IMG/VR virus record: IMGVR_UViG_3300045974_000588
Length of the DNA: 56,394 bases
Strand: one strand, 5' to 3'
Origin: an uncultured virus (IMG/VR IMGVR_UViG_3300045974_000588)
Taxonomy: Duplodnaviria; Heunggongvirae; Uroviricota; Caudoviricetes
In this document: positions 36,396 through 45,962 of the stretch, piece after piece
Numbering within the stretch: position 1 is the stretch's first letter
Layout of the letters: every line of letters begins with the position of its first letter
The notes under the pieces: generated by a model
Seen by the model: the letters and a program-made list of their open reading frames with translations, nothing else
Told to the model about the DNA's origin: nothing
Database searches by the model: none
Program-made: the position numbers and the translations under genes

Positions 36396-37742
36396 ATGGC
36401 ACGACACTCTTTCTTGTGCGCCTTGGCCCTCACGGGTTTGGTTGGTTGCACCATGCAAGTGGATGAGCGAGCAATCGCAGCCAAACTTGCAGAGGATTCT
36501 AATCCTCAGATAGCTGATTTACACATTCCAACACCAGAGTTGGTTTCTGCAGTTGCCGAGCAAGAATTCATAGGTAACGTTACTGAATCTCCTATTGGAG
36601 CTTCAGTTCGAGCAGAAACCTTTAATGGTGTAGATTATAGGTTTCTAGTTCCTGCAGCTACTTCCAGTAGGGCAGAAGAAGGCTCAGTTGGACTTGATCA
36701 CCAGATGGTTATTCCTGCCTTAGGCACGGGAATCAGTGGAGCTCTTAGCCCAGCTCAAGTAATTTCAGCTTACGGAGTTACGCCTGCTGGCCACGACACC
36801 ATCGCAGTAGTCACGGCTTACAATTATCCAACCGCTTTGAATGATTTCAATTTCTTCGCCAACTACTTTAAGCTTCCAGTAGAAACATCCACAAATGCTA
36901 CTCTGGCAACCAACAAGGTTTTCCAGGTGGTTTATGCTTCAGGTACTAAGCCTCTCGACAATGTAGATTGGAGTCATGAATCTGCTATTGATACTCAGTG
37001 GATTCATGTAATGGCTCCTAAGGCCAAGATCGTTCTGGTCTTAGCAGCTTCTAGTTCGCTTGGAGATATGTTGAGAGCGGTAGATGTAGCCACCAAGCTC
37101 CCAGGCGTGAAAGTAGTTTCAATGAGCTGGGGAACTTCAGAATTTGTAGCTCAAAACGCTAATGACAGTCATTTCAATGTCAGCGGTGTCTTATTCTTCG
37201 CGGCTTCTGGAGATAAGGCAGGAGTAGTTTCATACCCATCCAGTTCCCCTTATGTTTGTGCAGTAGGAGGCACTTCCCTAGTAACTGACATCAAAGGCGG
37301 CTTTTCTACGGAAACTGCTTGGGCCAATGCAGGCTGTGGAAATAGCAAGTACTCCGCTAAGCCACTTTGGCAGAATAAAGTGACTACAATTTCTGGAACC
37401 TATCGTGCCACTCCTGATATCTCTTGCGTAGCTAATCCCGCTACTGGAGTTAACGTTTACTGCACAACGGTTGCTGCAGGTAGTACTTCAAAGGGTGGTT
37501 GGTACATCTTTGGTGGTACCAGTCTTGCTACTCCGATTGTGGCTGGTATGGTCAACAGTACAGGCTTTGCTTACACAGGCTCTACTCCATTCATGACCGG
37601 AGTCTACAATAACTTCTCAATCAACAAGTCAGTCTTCAGAGACATCGTTTCTGGGAAAGACGCCACTTACTCTGCTGGAGCTGGTTGGGATTACCCCACA
37701 GGCATTGGAGCTCCTCTCGGGCCTAAGGCGTTTAGCTTCTAG
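36396..37742 (+). CDS. S53 sedolisin/kumamolisin-like serine peptidase, predicted lipoprotein
   Basis: Lipobox LVGC; ESAIDTQW (Glu/Asp), SMSWG, ASGD oxyanion Asp, GGTSLATP Ser, Ca site DIVSG...GWDYPTGIG. Confidence 0.9.
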   Translation: MARHSFLCALALTGLVGCTMQVDERAIAAKLAEDSNPQIADLHIPTPELVSAVAEQEFIGNVTESPIGASVRAETFNGVDYRFLVPAATSSRAEEGSVGLDHQMVIPALGTGISGALSPAQVISAYGVTPAGHDTIAVVTAYNYPTALNDFNFFANYFKLPVETSTNATLATNKVFQVVYASGTKPLDNVDWSHESAIDTQWIHVMAPKAKIVLVLAASSSLGDMLRAVDVATKLPGVKVVSMSWGTSEFVAQNANDSHFNVSGVLFFAASGDKAGVVSYPSSSPYVCAVGGTSLVTDIKGGFSTETAWANAGCGNSKYSAKPLWQNKVTTISGTYRATPDISCVANPATGVNVYCTTVAAGSTSKGGWYIFGGTSLATPIVAGMVNSTGFAYTGSTPFMTGVYNNFSINKSVFRDIVSGKDATYSAGAGWDYPTGIGAPLGPKAFSF

Positions 37743-37757
37743 AATAAGCTTCAATTG

Positions 37758-37789
37758 AAAGATTCGGCCCAATACGGGCCGAATCTTTT
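37758..37789 (+). terminator. Intrinsic terminator after S53 gene
   Basis: AAAGATTCGGCCC-AATAC-GGGCCGAATCTTTT. Confidence 0.85.
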
Positions 37790-37842
37790 GTAAACTTGTT
37801 AATTTAGTGGGAGCAAGTATTAAGAAATATCAATAGGGGATA

Positions 37843-37871
37843 TTGACTTTTAGAGTTGGTTACCCTAAAAT
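37843..37871 (+). promoter_or_regulatory. Sigma70 promoter for topoisomerase B
   Basis: TTGACT-17 nt-TAAAAT. Confidence 0.75.
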
Positions 37872-37899
37872 GTTATTGACGGTTTTGCCAGGAGACAAC

Positions 37900-39786
37900 T
37901 TGAGCGCAGTTAGCACAGAGTATTCAGCAAAGCAAATTCAAGCATTGACTGCGACGCAGCATGTTAGACTTCGACCTCAGATGTATATCGGGTCGACGGA
38001 GCAGCCTTTCCACTTGTTTAGAGAAGTGTTGGACAATGCTTGTGACGAGCACTTGAATGGAAATGGAACCAATATCTTCATCGAACTGGCGGATGATGAA
38101 AGTTGGGTGGCGGTCACGGACCAAGGTCGTGGCATTCCAGTTGACAACATGGCTGATGGTCAGCCAGCGGTCAATGTAATTTTCCTCCAAGCATTCTCTG
38201 GTGGCAAGTTTGATAAGACCAGCGGATATTCGGGAGCAAGTAGTGGTCTTCACGGAATTGGCCTTACAGCTTGTGGTGTTCTTTGCGATCGAGTAGAAGT
38301 CGACATCAACAAAGATGGCTACCAGTGGTCAACGGTTTATAGCGCTGGTAAGGTCATCAAGGAATTGACCCGCGGCTCCAAGACTAAAGAAACAGGAACG
38401 CGAATTCTGATTAAGGCTGATCCTGAGATATTCGACGACATCAAGTTTGCCGCTAAAGCAATCGAGATTCGAATCAGGGATCTTAGCTTCTTGCTTCCTA
38501 AGTGCCACTTCCACTTTACGCACAAAGGTAACACGACGGTTTATAGGTCGAACGGTTTGATAGACCTCCTGTCAGATAAGTATGAAGCTCATTCCGGTGG
38601 AAAGAAGAACGTAGAAAAAATTGGTGAAGTAACTTACATCACTGGCAATGCTGGCAAGAATGAAGTGGACTTCGCTTTCCTCTTCACAAACGCTGAAAAC
38701 TTCCACGTATTCAGCTTCTGTAACACTATTAGGACCTTAGATGGTGGAACTCACGAAGCAGCCATTAAACGGGTGTTTTTCAAGGCACTTCAGGCATGGC
38801 CAGACGCTAACAAGTATGAATACACTACAGAAGAGCTTCAGAACGGTGTCTGGTTTGCAGTTCACTTGAAGTTGGCCGATGAGGCAGCTTTTACTTCTCA
38901 GACAAAAGAGAAGCTAGCATACAAGAATTCGCTTCCAGTAATTACAGAAGCATTGGAAGCGCCGATTCAGCTCTGGATCAAGAACAACCCGGAGACGATC
39001 AAAATCGTTTTCCAGTTGGCCCAACAGCGGTATCTGGCTCGTAAGCAGAGCAGCCGGTTGCAGGAGCTCGCTAGCAAGATTCAGTCGAACCTCGGCAAGA
39101 AACTCAAGCGTGGAAATATCGAAGGTCTCCGAGATTGCAAGACGACGGATATCGCTCGCTCCGAACTGTTCATCTTGGAAGGGGAGTCGGCAGCGGGCTC
39201 TGCTACTCGAGCTCGTAACATCGATACTCAAGCTATTCTCCCAATGCAGGGAAAAGTGATCAATTCTTTCCGAAACGCGATGACTTCAGTTCTTGCAAAT
39301 GCGGAAATCAAGCTTCTACTGAACACGATTGGTTGTGGTTTTGGAAGCATGGGCAAAGATGGAAATTGTGACCCCACGCTTAGCCGCTACGGGAAGATCA
39401 TGATTCTCACAGATCCTGATCCTGACGGGGCACATATTAGCTCCTTGCTGATCTCTTTCTTCTTGGTATATCTTAAGCCCTTGGTCGATTCAGGAATGGT
39501 GTATTTGATCAAGGCTCCATTGTTCAGCGCAGTGAAAGGTAAAGAACGAATTTACGCGTTCACCAAGACTGAACTTGATGAGAAGATCAATGGAGCCACG
39601 GGTTACAACATTACACGATTCAAGGGTTGGGGAGAATGTGATCCTCATATCCTCAAAGACATTGCAATGAGTGAAGACACTCGAGAATCTTTCTTGCTTC
39701 AAGTGACTGAAAACACCATGGCAGATGCAGAGGGATTGATGGGTGGTGATTCTCGAATCCGCAAGCTGCTTATTCAAGGTGACTGA
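37900..39786 (+). CDS. Type IIA topoisomerase subunit B (GyrB/ParE-like)
   Basis: VRLRPQMYIG, EVLDNACDE, DQGRGIP, GLHGIG, Toprim EGESA, PMQGK, TDPDPDG.HI, RFKG.GE; start placed at TTG 37900 after GGAG. Confidence 0.93.
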   Translation: MSAVSTEYSAKQIQALTATQHVRLRPQMYIGSTEQPFHLFREVLDNACDEHLNGNGTNIFIELADDESWVAVTDQGRGIPVDNMADGQPAVNVIFLQAFSGGKFDKTSGYSGASSGLHGIGLTACGVLCDRVEVDINKDGYQWSTVYSAGKVIKELTRGSKTKETGTRILIKADPEIFDDIKFAAKAIEIRIRDLSFLLPKCHFHFTHKGNTTVYRSNGLIDLLSDKYEAHSGGKKNVEKIGEVTYITGNAGKNEVDFAFLFTNAENFHVFSFCNTIRTLDGGTHEAAIKRVFFKALQAWPDANKYEYTTEELQNGVWFAVHLKLADEAAFTSQTKEKLAYKNSLPVITEALEAPIQLWIKNNPETIKIVFQLAQQRYLARKQSSRLQELASKIQSNLGKKLKRGNIEGLRDCKTTDIARSELFILEGESAAGSATRARNIDTQAILPMQGKVINSFRNAMTSVLANAEIKLLLNTIGCGFGSMGKDGNCDPTLSRYGKIMILTDPDPDGAHISSLLISFFLVYLKPLVDSGMVYLIKAPLFSAVKGKERIYAFTKTELDEKINGATGYNITRFKGWGECDPHILKDIAMSEDTRESFLLQVTENTMADAEGLMGGDSRIRKLLIQGD

Positions 39787-39935
39787 TGCTTCCTAAGACT
39801 TGTCCCAAGTGTGGCCAGCCTTTCGAACAGTTTCTGCCAAGAAAAGTCATATCTTGGTGGCGCTGGATGACTTTCCGTAGACCCTACGCTATCCTTTGCC
39901 GATCATGCAAAGATTGCATTGGCTGGGAAGCTTAA
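39786..39935 (+). CDS. 49-aa zinc-ribbon protein (not in ORF track)
   Basis: TGATG coupling; MLPKTCPKCG...LCRSCKDCIGWEA*. Confidence 0.6.
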   Translation: MLPKTCPKCGQPFEQFLPRKVISWWRWMTFRRPYAILCRSCKDCIGWEA

Positions 39936-40876
39936 GAATCCAAAGCAGCCATCTGAAGTTGATTTCTACCTGAAGATTTAGCTAGGTATAGTGCGCTATC
40001 TGCAGTAGTGGCTAGATCATCTGGACGCCACTTTTCGTGAGTCTCATTGGTAGGCATCACTAGATAAGCTAAACCAACACTAACAGTTATAACACTTGAA
40101 ACTTTGGACGTTGGATGCTCAATTCCTTTAGCTAATACAAGCTGAAGTAGTTTCTCAGCCATCAATCTGCCAGCTTCCGGCGGTGTATCTGGAAGCACTA
40201 CAGCAAACTCTTCACCACCATATCTAGCAGTGATGTCATTGGCCCGTTTGAAAGTTTGTTGGATGATATAGGCTACTTCATAAAGAGCTCGATCCCCAGC
40301 TAAGTGACCAAACCGGTCGTTGTATTCTTTGAAGTAATCTATGTCAATCATCAGAAAACAGATTGGCGTTCCGGATCTCAGTGAACGCCACCATTCCATG
40401 TCAAGTACTTCCTTCAGGGCCCGTCGATTTGCCAGCCCCGTCAAAGGGTCCACCAGAGATTTCTTTAACAGCTCATCGCTTTTCAATTTGAGTTTTAGAT
40501 GAGTCTGTACTCTAGCTTTGACAATCCCAGGACGAACTGGCTTAGTGATAAAGTCTACAGCTCCAAGTTCCAAAGCCTTCTCTTCAATGGAAGTTTCAGT
40601 AGCTGCAGTTAAGAACAGAATTGGAATGTCTCTGCATTCAAATTTGGCTTTGATAGCTGAGCAAACTTGAAGGCCATCTATATCTGGAAGGCCAATATCC
40701 AGAAGAATCAAATCAGGGAGTTCATTCTGAATATACTCTAAAGCGGCCTTCCCAGTTTCTACTAGCGTTAGCTCTCCAAGGTGTTCTAGCAATCTTTCCA
40801 GAACTTTCAGTGTGGCTTTATCGTCTTCCACGACCAAAATTCGAGGTTTCATAACACTGTAGACGCGTTTCAACAT
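39932..40876 (-). CDS. Response-regulator diguanylate cyclase (REC-GGDEF, WspR/PleD-like)
   Basis: REC: VVEDD, LLDIGLP, FLT, DFITKP; GGDEF: DPLTGLANRR, DIDYFK.YND..GH..GD, RAND I-site, RYGGEEF, ADSALY.AK..GRN. True start may be ATG 40852. Confidence 0.95.
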   Translation of the reverse strand: MLKRVYSVMKPRILVVEDDKATLKVLERLLEHLGELTLVETGKAALEYIQNELPDLILLDIGLPDIDGLQVCSAIKAKFECRDIPILFLTAATETSIEEKALELGAVDFITKPVRPGIVKARVQTHLKLKLKSDELLKKSLVDPLTGLANRRALKEVLDMEWWRSLRSGTPICFLMIDIDYFKEYNDRFGHLAGDRALYEVAYIIQQTFKRANDITARYGGEEFAVVLPDTPPEAGRLMAEKLLQLVLAKGIEHPTSKVSSVITVSVGLAYLVMPTNETHEKWRPDDLATTADSALYLAKSSGRNQLQMAALDS

Positions 40877-40949
40877 TCTCCACCTAAAAACCTATTACAA
40901 TTATAACATACTGAGGGGAACGCCAAGGTTAGAGATGTAAGAGGGTACT

Positions 40950-41210
40950 ATGGCACTACTTTGGATTCAAAAAATGAAGCGTTGGAACCGAGAGCGAAAA
41001 GTTCTTAAAACGTGTGGATGCGCATGTTACTGCCCTCATTGCAAAGATATTCTGAACGATAATTCTAAGTGGTCAGATTTAGATGATTATGGCCACGGTT
41101 TCTATCTATGCGCAAATTGTAAAAAGAAAAGTTTCTGGCACTTTGGAGCAGCTCCAGTACCAATTCTTTTGCCTGAACCTACAATTCAACAACACGAGTT
41201 GTTTATCTAA
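40950..41210 (+). CDS. Cys-rich zinc-binding protein
   Basis: CGCACYCPHC...CANC. Confidence 0.6.
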   Translation: MALLWIQKMKRWNRERKVLKTCGCACYCPHCKDILNDNSKWSDLDDYGHGFYLCANCKKKSFWHFGAAPVPILLPEPTIQQHELFI

Positions 41211-41269
41211 CGAATCGAAAACGACGTAGAAATCGGTTATACTGAAAGAAGCTCAAGGGAGAATCTACT

Positions 41270-41620
41270 ATGTGTCGGGCCCATTCGTTACGTTGCTCGA
41301 AAGTAGTGGAATCGCTTAAGTTTGAACCTTGTGATATCTATCCAAGAACTATCCGAATAGCATTAAAAGAGGAGAATTTTGAGTCCTGCCGGATTCAAAT
41401 CTTTTCAACAAGCACTCCAGATGTTTGTTTTGAATTTGACGCTTCGCTTAAAAAGTGCAAGTGTCGGCCTCATGAAATCCCTATTGATATTCACAATGTC
41501 TCCAGGATGTTGGTTAGCACAAATGGAGCATTTCCCGAGAGGGAAGCAGTAAAGATAGTTACGTCGGTTGCGTCAATACTTATGGAGCCAAACAAATGGT
41601 TACAACGGCAGAAGCAGTAA
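41270..41620 (+). CDS. Hypothetical protein
   Basis: RBS GGGAG; 116 aa. Confidence 0.55.
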   Translation: MCRAHSLRCSKVVESLKFEPCDIYPRTIRIALKEENFESCRIQIFSTSTPDVCFEFDASLKKCKCRPHEIPIDIHNVSRMLVSTNGAFPEREAVKIVTSVASILMEPNKWLQRQKQ

Positions 41621-42183
41621 CGAAAAAGGAAAAGAAGAAAGAGAAGAAAAAGAAGCAAACCTACGATAAGGTAGCGGCCCTCAAATACAACAAACTGATG
41701 TATGGGCCGCTTTCTTGTGAACAGAAGAAAATCGCTCCTAAGGTAAACTATGGAGCTGGATTCATTGGGCACGAGAAATTCAAAGCTCTTCTTTCCGCGT
41801 TCAAAAACAATACGCCCTACAAGTTCGAAATCAAAATCAACGACAAAAGCTACACAGTGGCAACAGATGGAACGCATATTTCTTTCGACAACATTGTAGT
41901 TTGTTATTCACGACCTTCGAATAGGTTTGAAGACTTAATGCTTCTGGATCGTAATTCGTTGATTCAGCATAATAACACAGCAGGAGTTATTCATCTGGTT
42001 TTTGGTGTTCTGAAGTCTCTCCCAGAATTGAAGCATTCACTCACTTATGTTCAGCACAAGTTCTACTGGGAAGCTGAAGGCGTTGATAAAGCCAGCGATG
42101 CTGAGTATGGGGCCAACATTCTGGTCGGTCCCTTTAAGCATCAACGCTTTCAGGACCGACCCGAACGAATGACTAGGCGCTAA
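41596..42183 (+). CDS. Hypothetical protein with Lys-rich N-terminus
   Basis: RBS GGAG; KKEKKKEKKKK. Confidence 0.6.
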   Translation: MVTTAEAVTKKEKKKEKKKKQTYDKVAALKYNKLMYGPLSCEQKKIAPKVNYGAGFIGHEKFKALLSAFKNNTPYKFEIKINDKSYTVATDGTHISFDNIVVCYSRPSNRFEDLMLLDRNSLIQHNNTAGVIHLVFGVLKSLPELKHSLTYVQHKFYWEAEGVDKASDAEYGANILVGPFKHQRFQDRPERMTRR

Positions 42184-45100
42184 TTACCAAGCTGATAGCG
42201 CAGTCTTTATAGTGTACTGAACGCCAAGAGCTACGATATTGAAAGTTGCGGTTCCGCCACCGCCACCGTATTTTGCTCTGCCAACAAATGTTGTTTGATC
42301 AATTAGGGTCATAATCTGTTGAGGATGCTCACCCTTTCCAGATTGAGTAATGAAATAACGACCAGTGTTTGGATCGTAGTAAGGGTAGATGTCTAACGAT
42401 CCAAAGATGTCTTGAGAATACCAAGTGCTATCTGGAGGATCGATAATAATTCCTTCAACAGGCGTTATAACAACAGTTCCAACGGCTTCGAACGATGCGA
42501 TATTTTGTATTTGCTGACCGTTTGGAGCGGGCTGACCTCCAGTAAGATCGTAAACACCATCAACTGGAACTAAGGGATTGCCGTTCTCATCTAAGATTCT
42601 AAACGATGTTCCAGGAGCGTAGAAACCCGCATTCATAGAATATACTCCTGTAGGAGATTCAATTAGTAAGTCTCCAATGAATGAAACTGCTGACGATAAT
42701 TCAACAGCTAGTAGTTCACTAGCATCCATCGCGTTATTGTTTTGTACCGTAAATGCTGGAGTTGCATATGTAAGACTAGCTAAGCTACCTCCAACACTAT
42801 ACTGTTGTACGTTACCACTAACGGTTGGCTCATAGAAATAATTAACATTCAAAAATCCAGATACCACAGCTTGAGAAAGAGATTTGAACTGATCCGAAGA
42901 TGGCATGTTCACTTCGTCTTTGTACAAGCTAATTTCTAAATTTCCAAAGGGCGTAGTATTATCAAACGCTAAAGCTCCTCCACTCACGATTGCTGGGGCA
43001 TTTAGCTGAATTGCGAATGCTCCACCGATGTAATCGATGTAAGATCCATCATTTAAGAACGTAAGATACTGTCCAGGCCAGTTCCCAGCGTAAGCATTAA
43101 AGTTTCTTACTGGGTCTCCATCGTAGTTGTAATTTACGCAGTTGTTTGTGGGATCTGTTATCACGTTAGAAATTAAATCCACCCAGTTGGTGACTAAGCT
43201 AATCTTGGCGTATAACAAGCCGTTATCTTCTGTTACTCCAGCGTCGTTGGGTGGAAGATAATTATCACCTTCTACTGGGTATGGTGACCAGTTTGTATTG
43301 TTGCATGATAACTGAATGCTAACACTATCTTCTAAGCCTTTGTACCATACGTCATAGTATGGATCAGTTCCTGCATCAGGATTTAAGTAGCCATGCTGAC
43401 TTTGAAGTATATCTACTTCATTAGCGCTCGTTGTTCCCATTCCAGTTTTAAAATTGAATCCATTATTCCATGTTGGATATGTAGCATCTGGACCAACTGT
43501 GTTTGGCGCGAATGAAACTATTCTAACAAAATGTGATTCGTTAGTTTTTGTAGTAAATGAGAAGTTCACTAGAGGCACGTTAGAATCTTGGTAAATATCT
43601 GTTGGCACAGGTTGTGTTAAGTAGGGTTGAATAATCTGGCTATCAGTTATCTCACCACGACTGTTGTATACAATTATACCGCAGGGATTCTGCTGTTCGT
43701 TGCCCACTAAATCAACCCAAGTATCAGTCCAAGTGAAAGCAACATTTAGAAGTGTTCCAGCTAAAACATTATACTGAAGAGCATACATCTGGGGGCCAGC
43801 GATATCTGCTCCAGAATTTCCATCCCATACAGGCCCAGTCCACTCTGAAGGGATTGGAGGATTAGTCACCCAAGGTAGTAATGGAACTTGAATGGCTGGA
43901 TCTTGACCCATTCGGTACGTACTACCTGGATCTCGGACATCTCCGAGAATATAGTCAAGTTCAATGTTCTGAGGAGAAATCTTGTAAACGTGCCCCTTTG
44001 TAGAGATTAGCAATCTTCCTTCTTTATCAATCTTCGTCGTGTTGCCCCACATCATAATCATCGCTCCTAGAGGCGTATTGGTGCCATCTAGTCTTCTGAA
44101 GTCGTGGATTTTCGTATTATTCTTCCACAACTCCACACCATCAGCGATGTTAGCTAGTGTGTAGATTTCTAGGCCATTAACTGGATCTAGCCACCCACAG
44201 ATGTCCCAGAAATTGTCAGGCTTGACATCGATTGGGAAGTTATGTACACCAGTTGAATCTAGATACATGATTTCGTATCCCGCTGTCGAATCGCCTTTCA
44301 CACCATAGATATATGGGAACTTATTCTGTAAGTAAGGATTATCGATGGTTCGAATACTTGGATCAGAAATCGTAACTAGGTTGTTATCAGCCAACGTAAA
44401 TTTCTGCAAACCATCTGATGGGTGAGCAAAATAGAAATTGCCATCCTCTAAAACTCTAATTCGGCCGGGTACTGCGATATTGCCGTAAATAGCTACGTTA
44501 GGCTCATCTAAAATCAGCACGTGGAGAACTGTATCATTATCTTGAAGTAGGAGATAAACTTTGTCGTTTACTGTGTAAATATCCAACCAAAGTGTGGAAG
44601 TTAATTGGGCCAAGTTAGAGTAAGGAACTCTAATCAGTAGTGTACTTGTAGGAAGATTGTTTATAGCTCCATCACGACCAACGATAGACACGGGCCAGCT
44701 ATCAGCATTCCAATTCTTAGCGTATTTCTTCAAAATTATTGTACCAACAAAGCTGTTTGGATCTGCACCAGCACCCAAGGCTAATTCAGCTGTCCAAGTA
44801 GCTGACCGAGTCTTTGTAATAGAAACATCAGTAGATGCCCCTCTTAAATCTGTGGTCCCGGATGGCATCATCAACTTAGTTTTAGATTTTGAATCGTTAA
44901 CACTTTGCACTACCAGAGTTTGAGTTGCTGGATCCGAAATAGTAGCCTTGAAGTCAGTCACTGAATCATCTACTGTAATGTTAGTGCCAGTATCGGGAAT
45001 AGTTTCCCAAGTTTGACCTAGATTTCTCGAAATAGCCCAGTTGGTGGTAAGGTTGGCACCACTCTTGATATCTAGTGAATAATCTGGAGATACTCCAAGA

Positions 45101-45291
45101 ATGTCTGCTTTAATTGCAGGGTAGACATTAACAAACGCAGTATTGACGGCAGGTACGCCATCAATAACTGCCTCGAAATCTACTTGAGTGGGAGCAAATC
45201 CATCCGGAATAGCCGGAACGTTCACAGTTTTCTGTGAGACACTGGTGGTGTCTATTTTGCTGTTCCCTTGGAGCCAGTCGTATTGTGTCAT
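42184..45291 (-). CDS. Large beta-rich virion structural / receptor-binding-like protein
   Basis: 1035 aa rich in T/N/G/D/Y/W, propeller-like repeats in the N-terminal half, no catalytic motifs seen. Confidence 0.5.
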   Translation of the reverse strand: MTQYDWLQGNSKIDTTSVSQKTVNVPAIPDGFAPTQVDFEAVIDGVPAVNTAFVNVYPAIKADILGVSPDYSLDIKSGANLTTNWAISRNLGQTWETIPDTGTNITVDDSVTDFKATISDPATQTLVVQSVNDSKSKTKLMMPSGTTDLRGASTDVSITKTRSATWTAELALGAGADPNSFVGTIILKKYAKNWNADSWPVSIVGRDGAINNLPTSTLLIRVPYSNLAQLTSTLWLDIYTVNDKVYLLLQDNDTVLHVLILDEPNVAIYGNIAVPGRIRVLEDGNFYFAHPSDGLQKFTLADNNLVTISDPSIRTIDNPYLQNKFPYIYGVKGDSTAGYEIMYLDSTGVHNFPIDVKPDNFWDICGWLDPVNGLEIYTLANIADGVELWKNNTKIHDFRRLDGTNTPLGAMIMMWGNTTKIDKEGRLLISTKGHVYKISPQNIELDYILGDVRDPGSTYRMGQDPAIQVPLLPWVTNPPIPSEWTGPVWDGNSGADIAGPQMYALQYNVLAGTLLNVAFTWTDTWVDLVGNEQQNPCGIIVYNSRGEITDSQIIQPYLTQPVPTDIYQDSNVPLVNFSFTTKTNESHFVRIVSFAPNTVGPDATYPTWNNGFNFKTGMGTTSANEVDILQSQHGYLNPDAGTDPYYDVWYKGLEDSVSIQLSCNNTNWSPYPVEGDNYLPPNDAGVTEDNGLLYAKISLVTNWVDLISNVITDPTNNCVNYNYDGDPVRNFNAYAGNWPGQYLTFLNDGSYIDYIGGAFAIQLNAPAIVSGGALAFDNTTPFGNLEISLYKDEVNMPSSDQFKSLSQAVVSGFLNVNYFYEPTVSGNVQQYSVGGSLASLTYATPAFTVQNNNAMDASELLAVELSSAVSFIGDLLIESPTGVYSMNAGFYAPGTSFRILDENGNPLVPVDGVYDLTGGQPAPNGQQIQNIASFEAVGTVVITPVEGIIIDPPDSTWYSQDIFGSLDIYPYYDPNTGRYFITQSGKGEHPQQIMTLIDQTTFVGRAKYGGGGGTATFNIVALGVQYTIKTALSAW

Positions 45292-45962
45292 AATAATCTC
45301 CCTTCATCCGAAGCAGGTTTCAAAGTTTTGCACTTCTGACAGATTCCTGAGGAAACGCTTTTCTGAACCCAAGCTGGCCCCGCGTCTACTCCGCCAGGAC
45401 CTTCGTATCTAGGATGCTTCCCTTTCCAGGGACATTTCTTCGGGTCTAAATCTTTTCCACATTTCTCACAAACTTCGTGCTTGCATTCCATCGGTTCCAG
45501 TTTCTTAATTGGAGTCTTGTCTTCTTTTACTCGTTTAGTACTTAATCCCTCTTGCTTCAAGATTTGAGTAATGAGACCGTAATTCTTTCCTTCACTTAAC
45601 AGCTGCTTAGCCCGTGCTGATGTCTCTGAATCTTCAAAGAAGTCAGCCCAAGTTGCAGCTTTTCGACGAATACATGCTGTCCGAGGAGCTATAACTTCAA
45701 ACTCTTCAACAAGGCTAGCTCTCTCTAAACCTTGAATAGCTGATGACCACATTTCTTCATCAAGTTCAAAATCTTCAAAAAGGTGGTAAACTTTACCGAA
45801 AGTCCTCTGAATGTATTCTTTGAATCTATCAATTGGTGTAGGGCTTTCTAAAACTTCTAGAATGTAGTCTTTCAAAGCCTTGACGAGGTCTTCACGGCCA
45901 AAGTGGTCGTCAGCTAAGCCTTTTCCTAATTTTCGAATGTTGGCTTTGACACGAAGTTTCAT
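45288..45962 (-). CDS. Hypothetical protein with MKLRVKANIRK leader and Cys-rich C-terminus
   Basis: ATGA couplings both sides; CEKC, CQKC. Confidence 0.7.
   Translation of the reverse strand: MKLRVKANIRKLGKGLADDHFGREDLVKALKDYILEVLESPTPIDRFKEYIQRTFGKVYHLFEDFELDEEMWSSAIQGLERASLVEEFEVIAPRTACIRRKAATWADFFEDSETSARAKQLLSEGKNYGLITQILKQEGLSTKRVKEDKTPIKKLEPMECKHEVCEKCGKDLDPKKCPWKGKHPRYEGPGGVDAGPAWVQKSVSSGICQKCKTLKPASDEGRLL

Noticed and set aside
37843..37899. N-terminal extension of topoisomerase B in ORF track
   Set aside because: The TTG is the -35 box of a promoter; an RBS-supported start lies at 37900.
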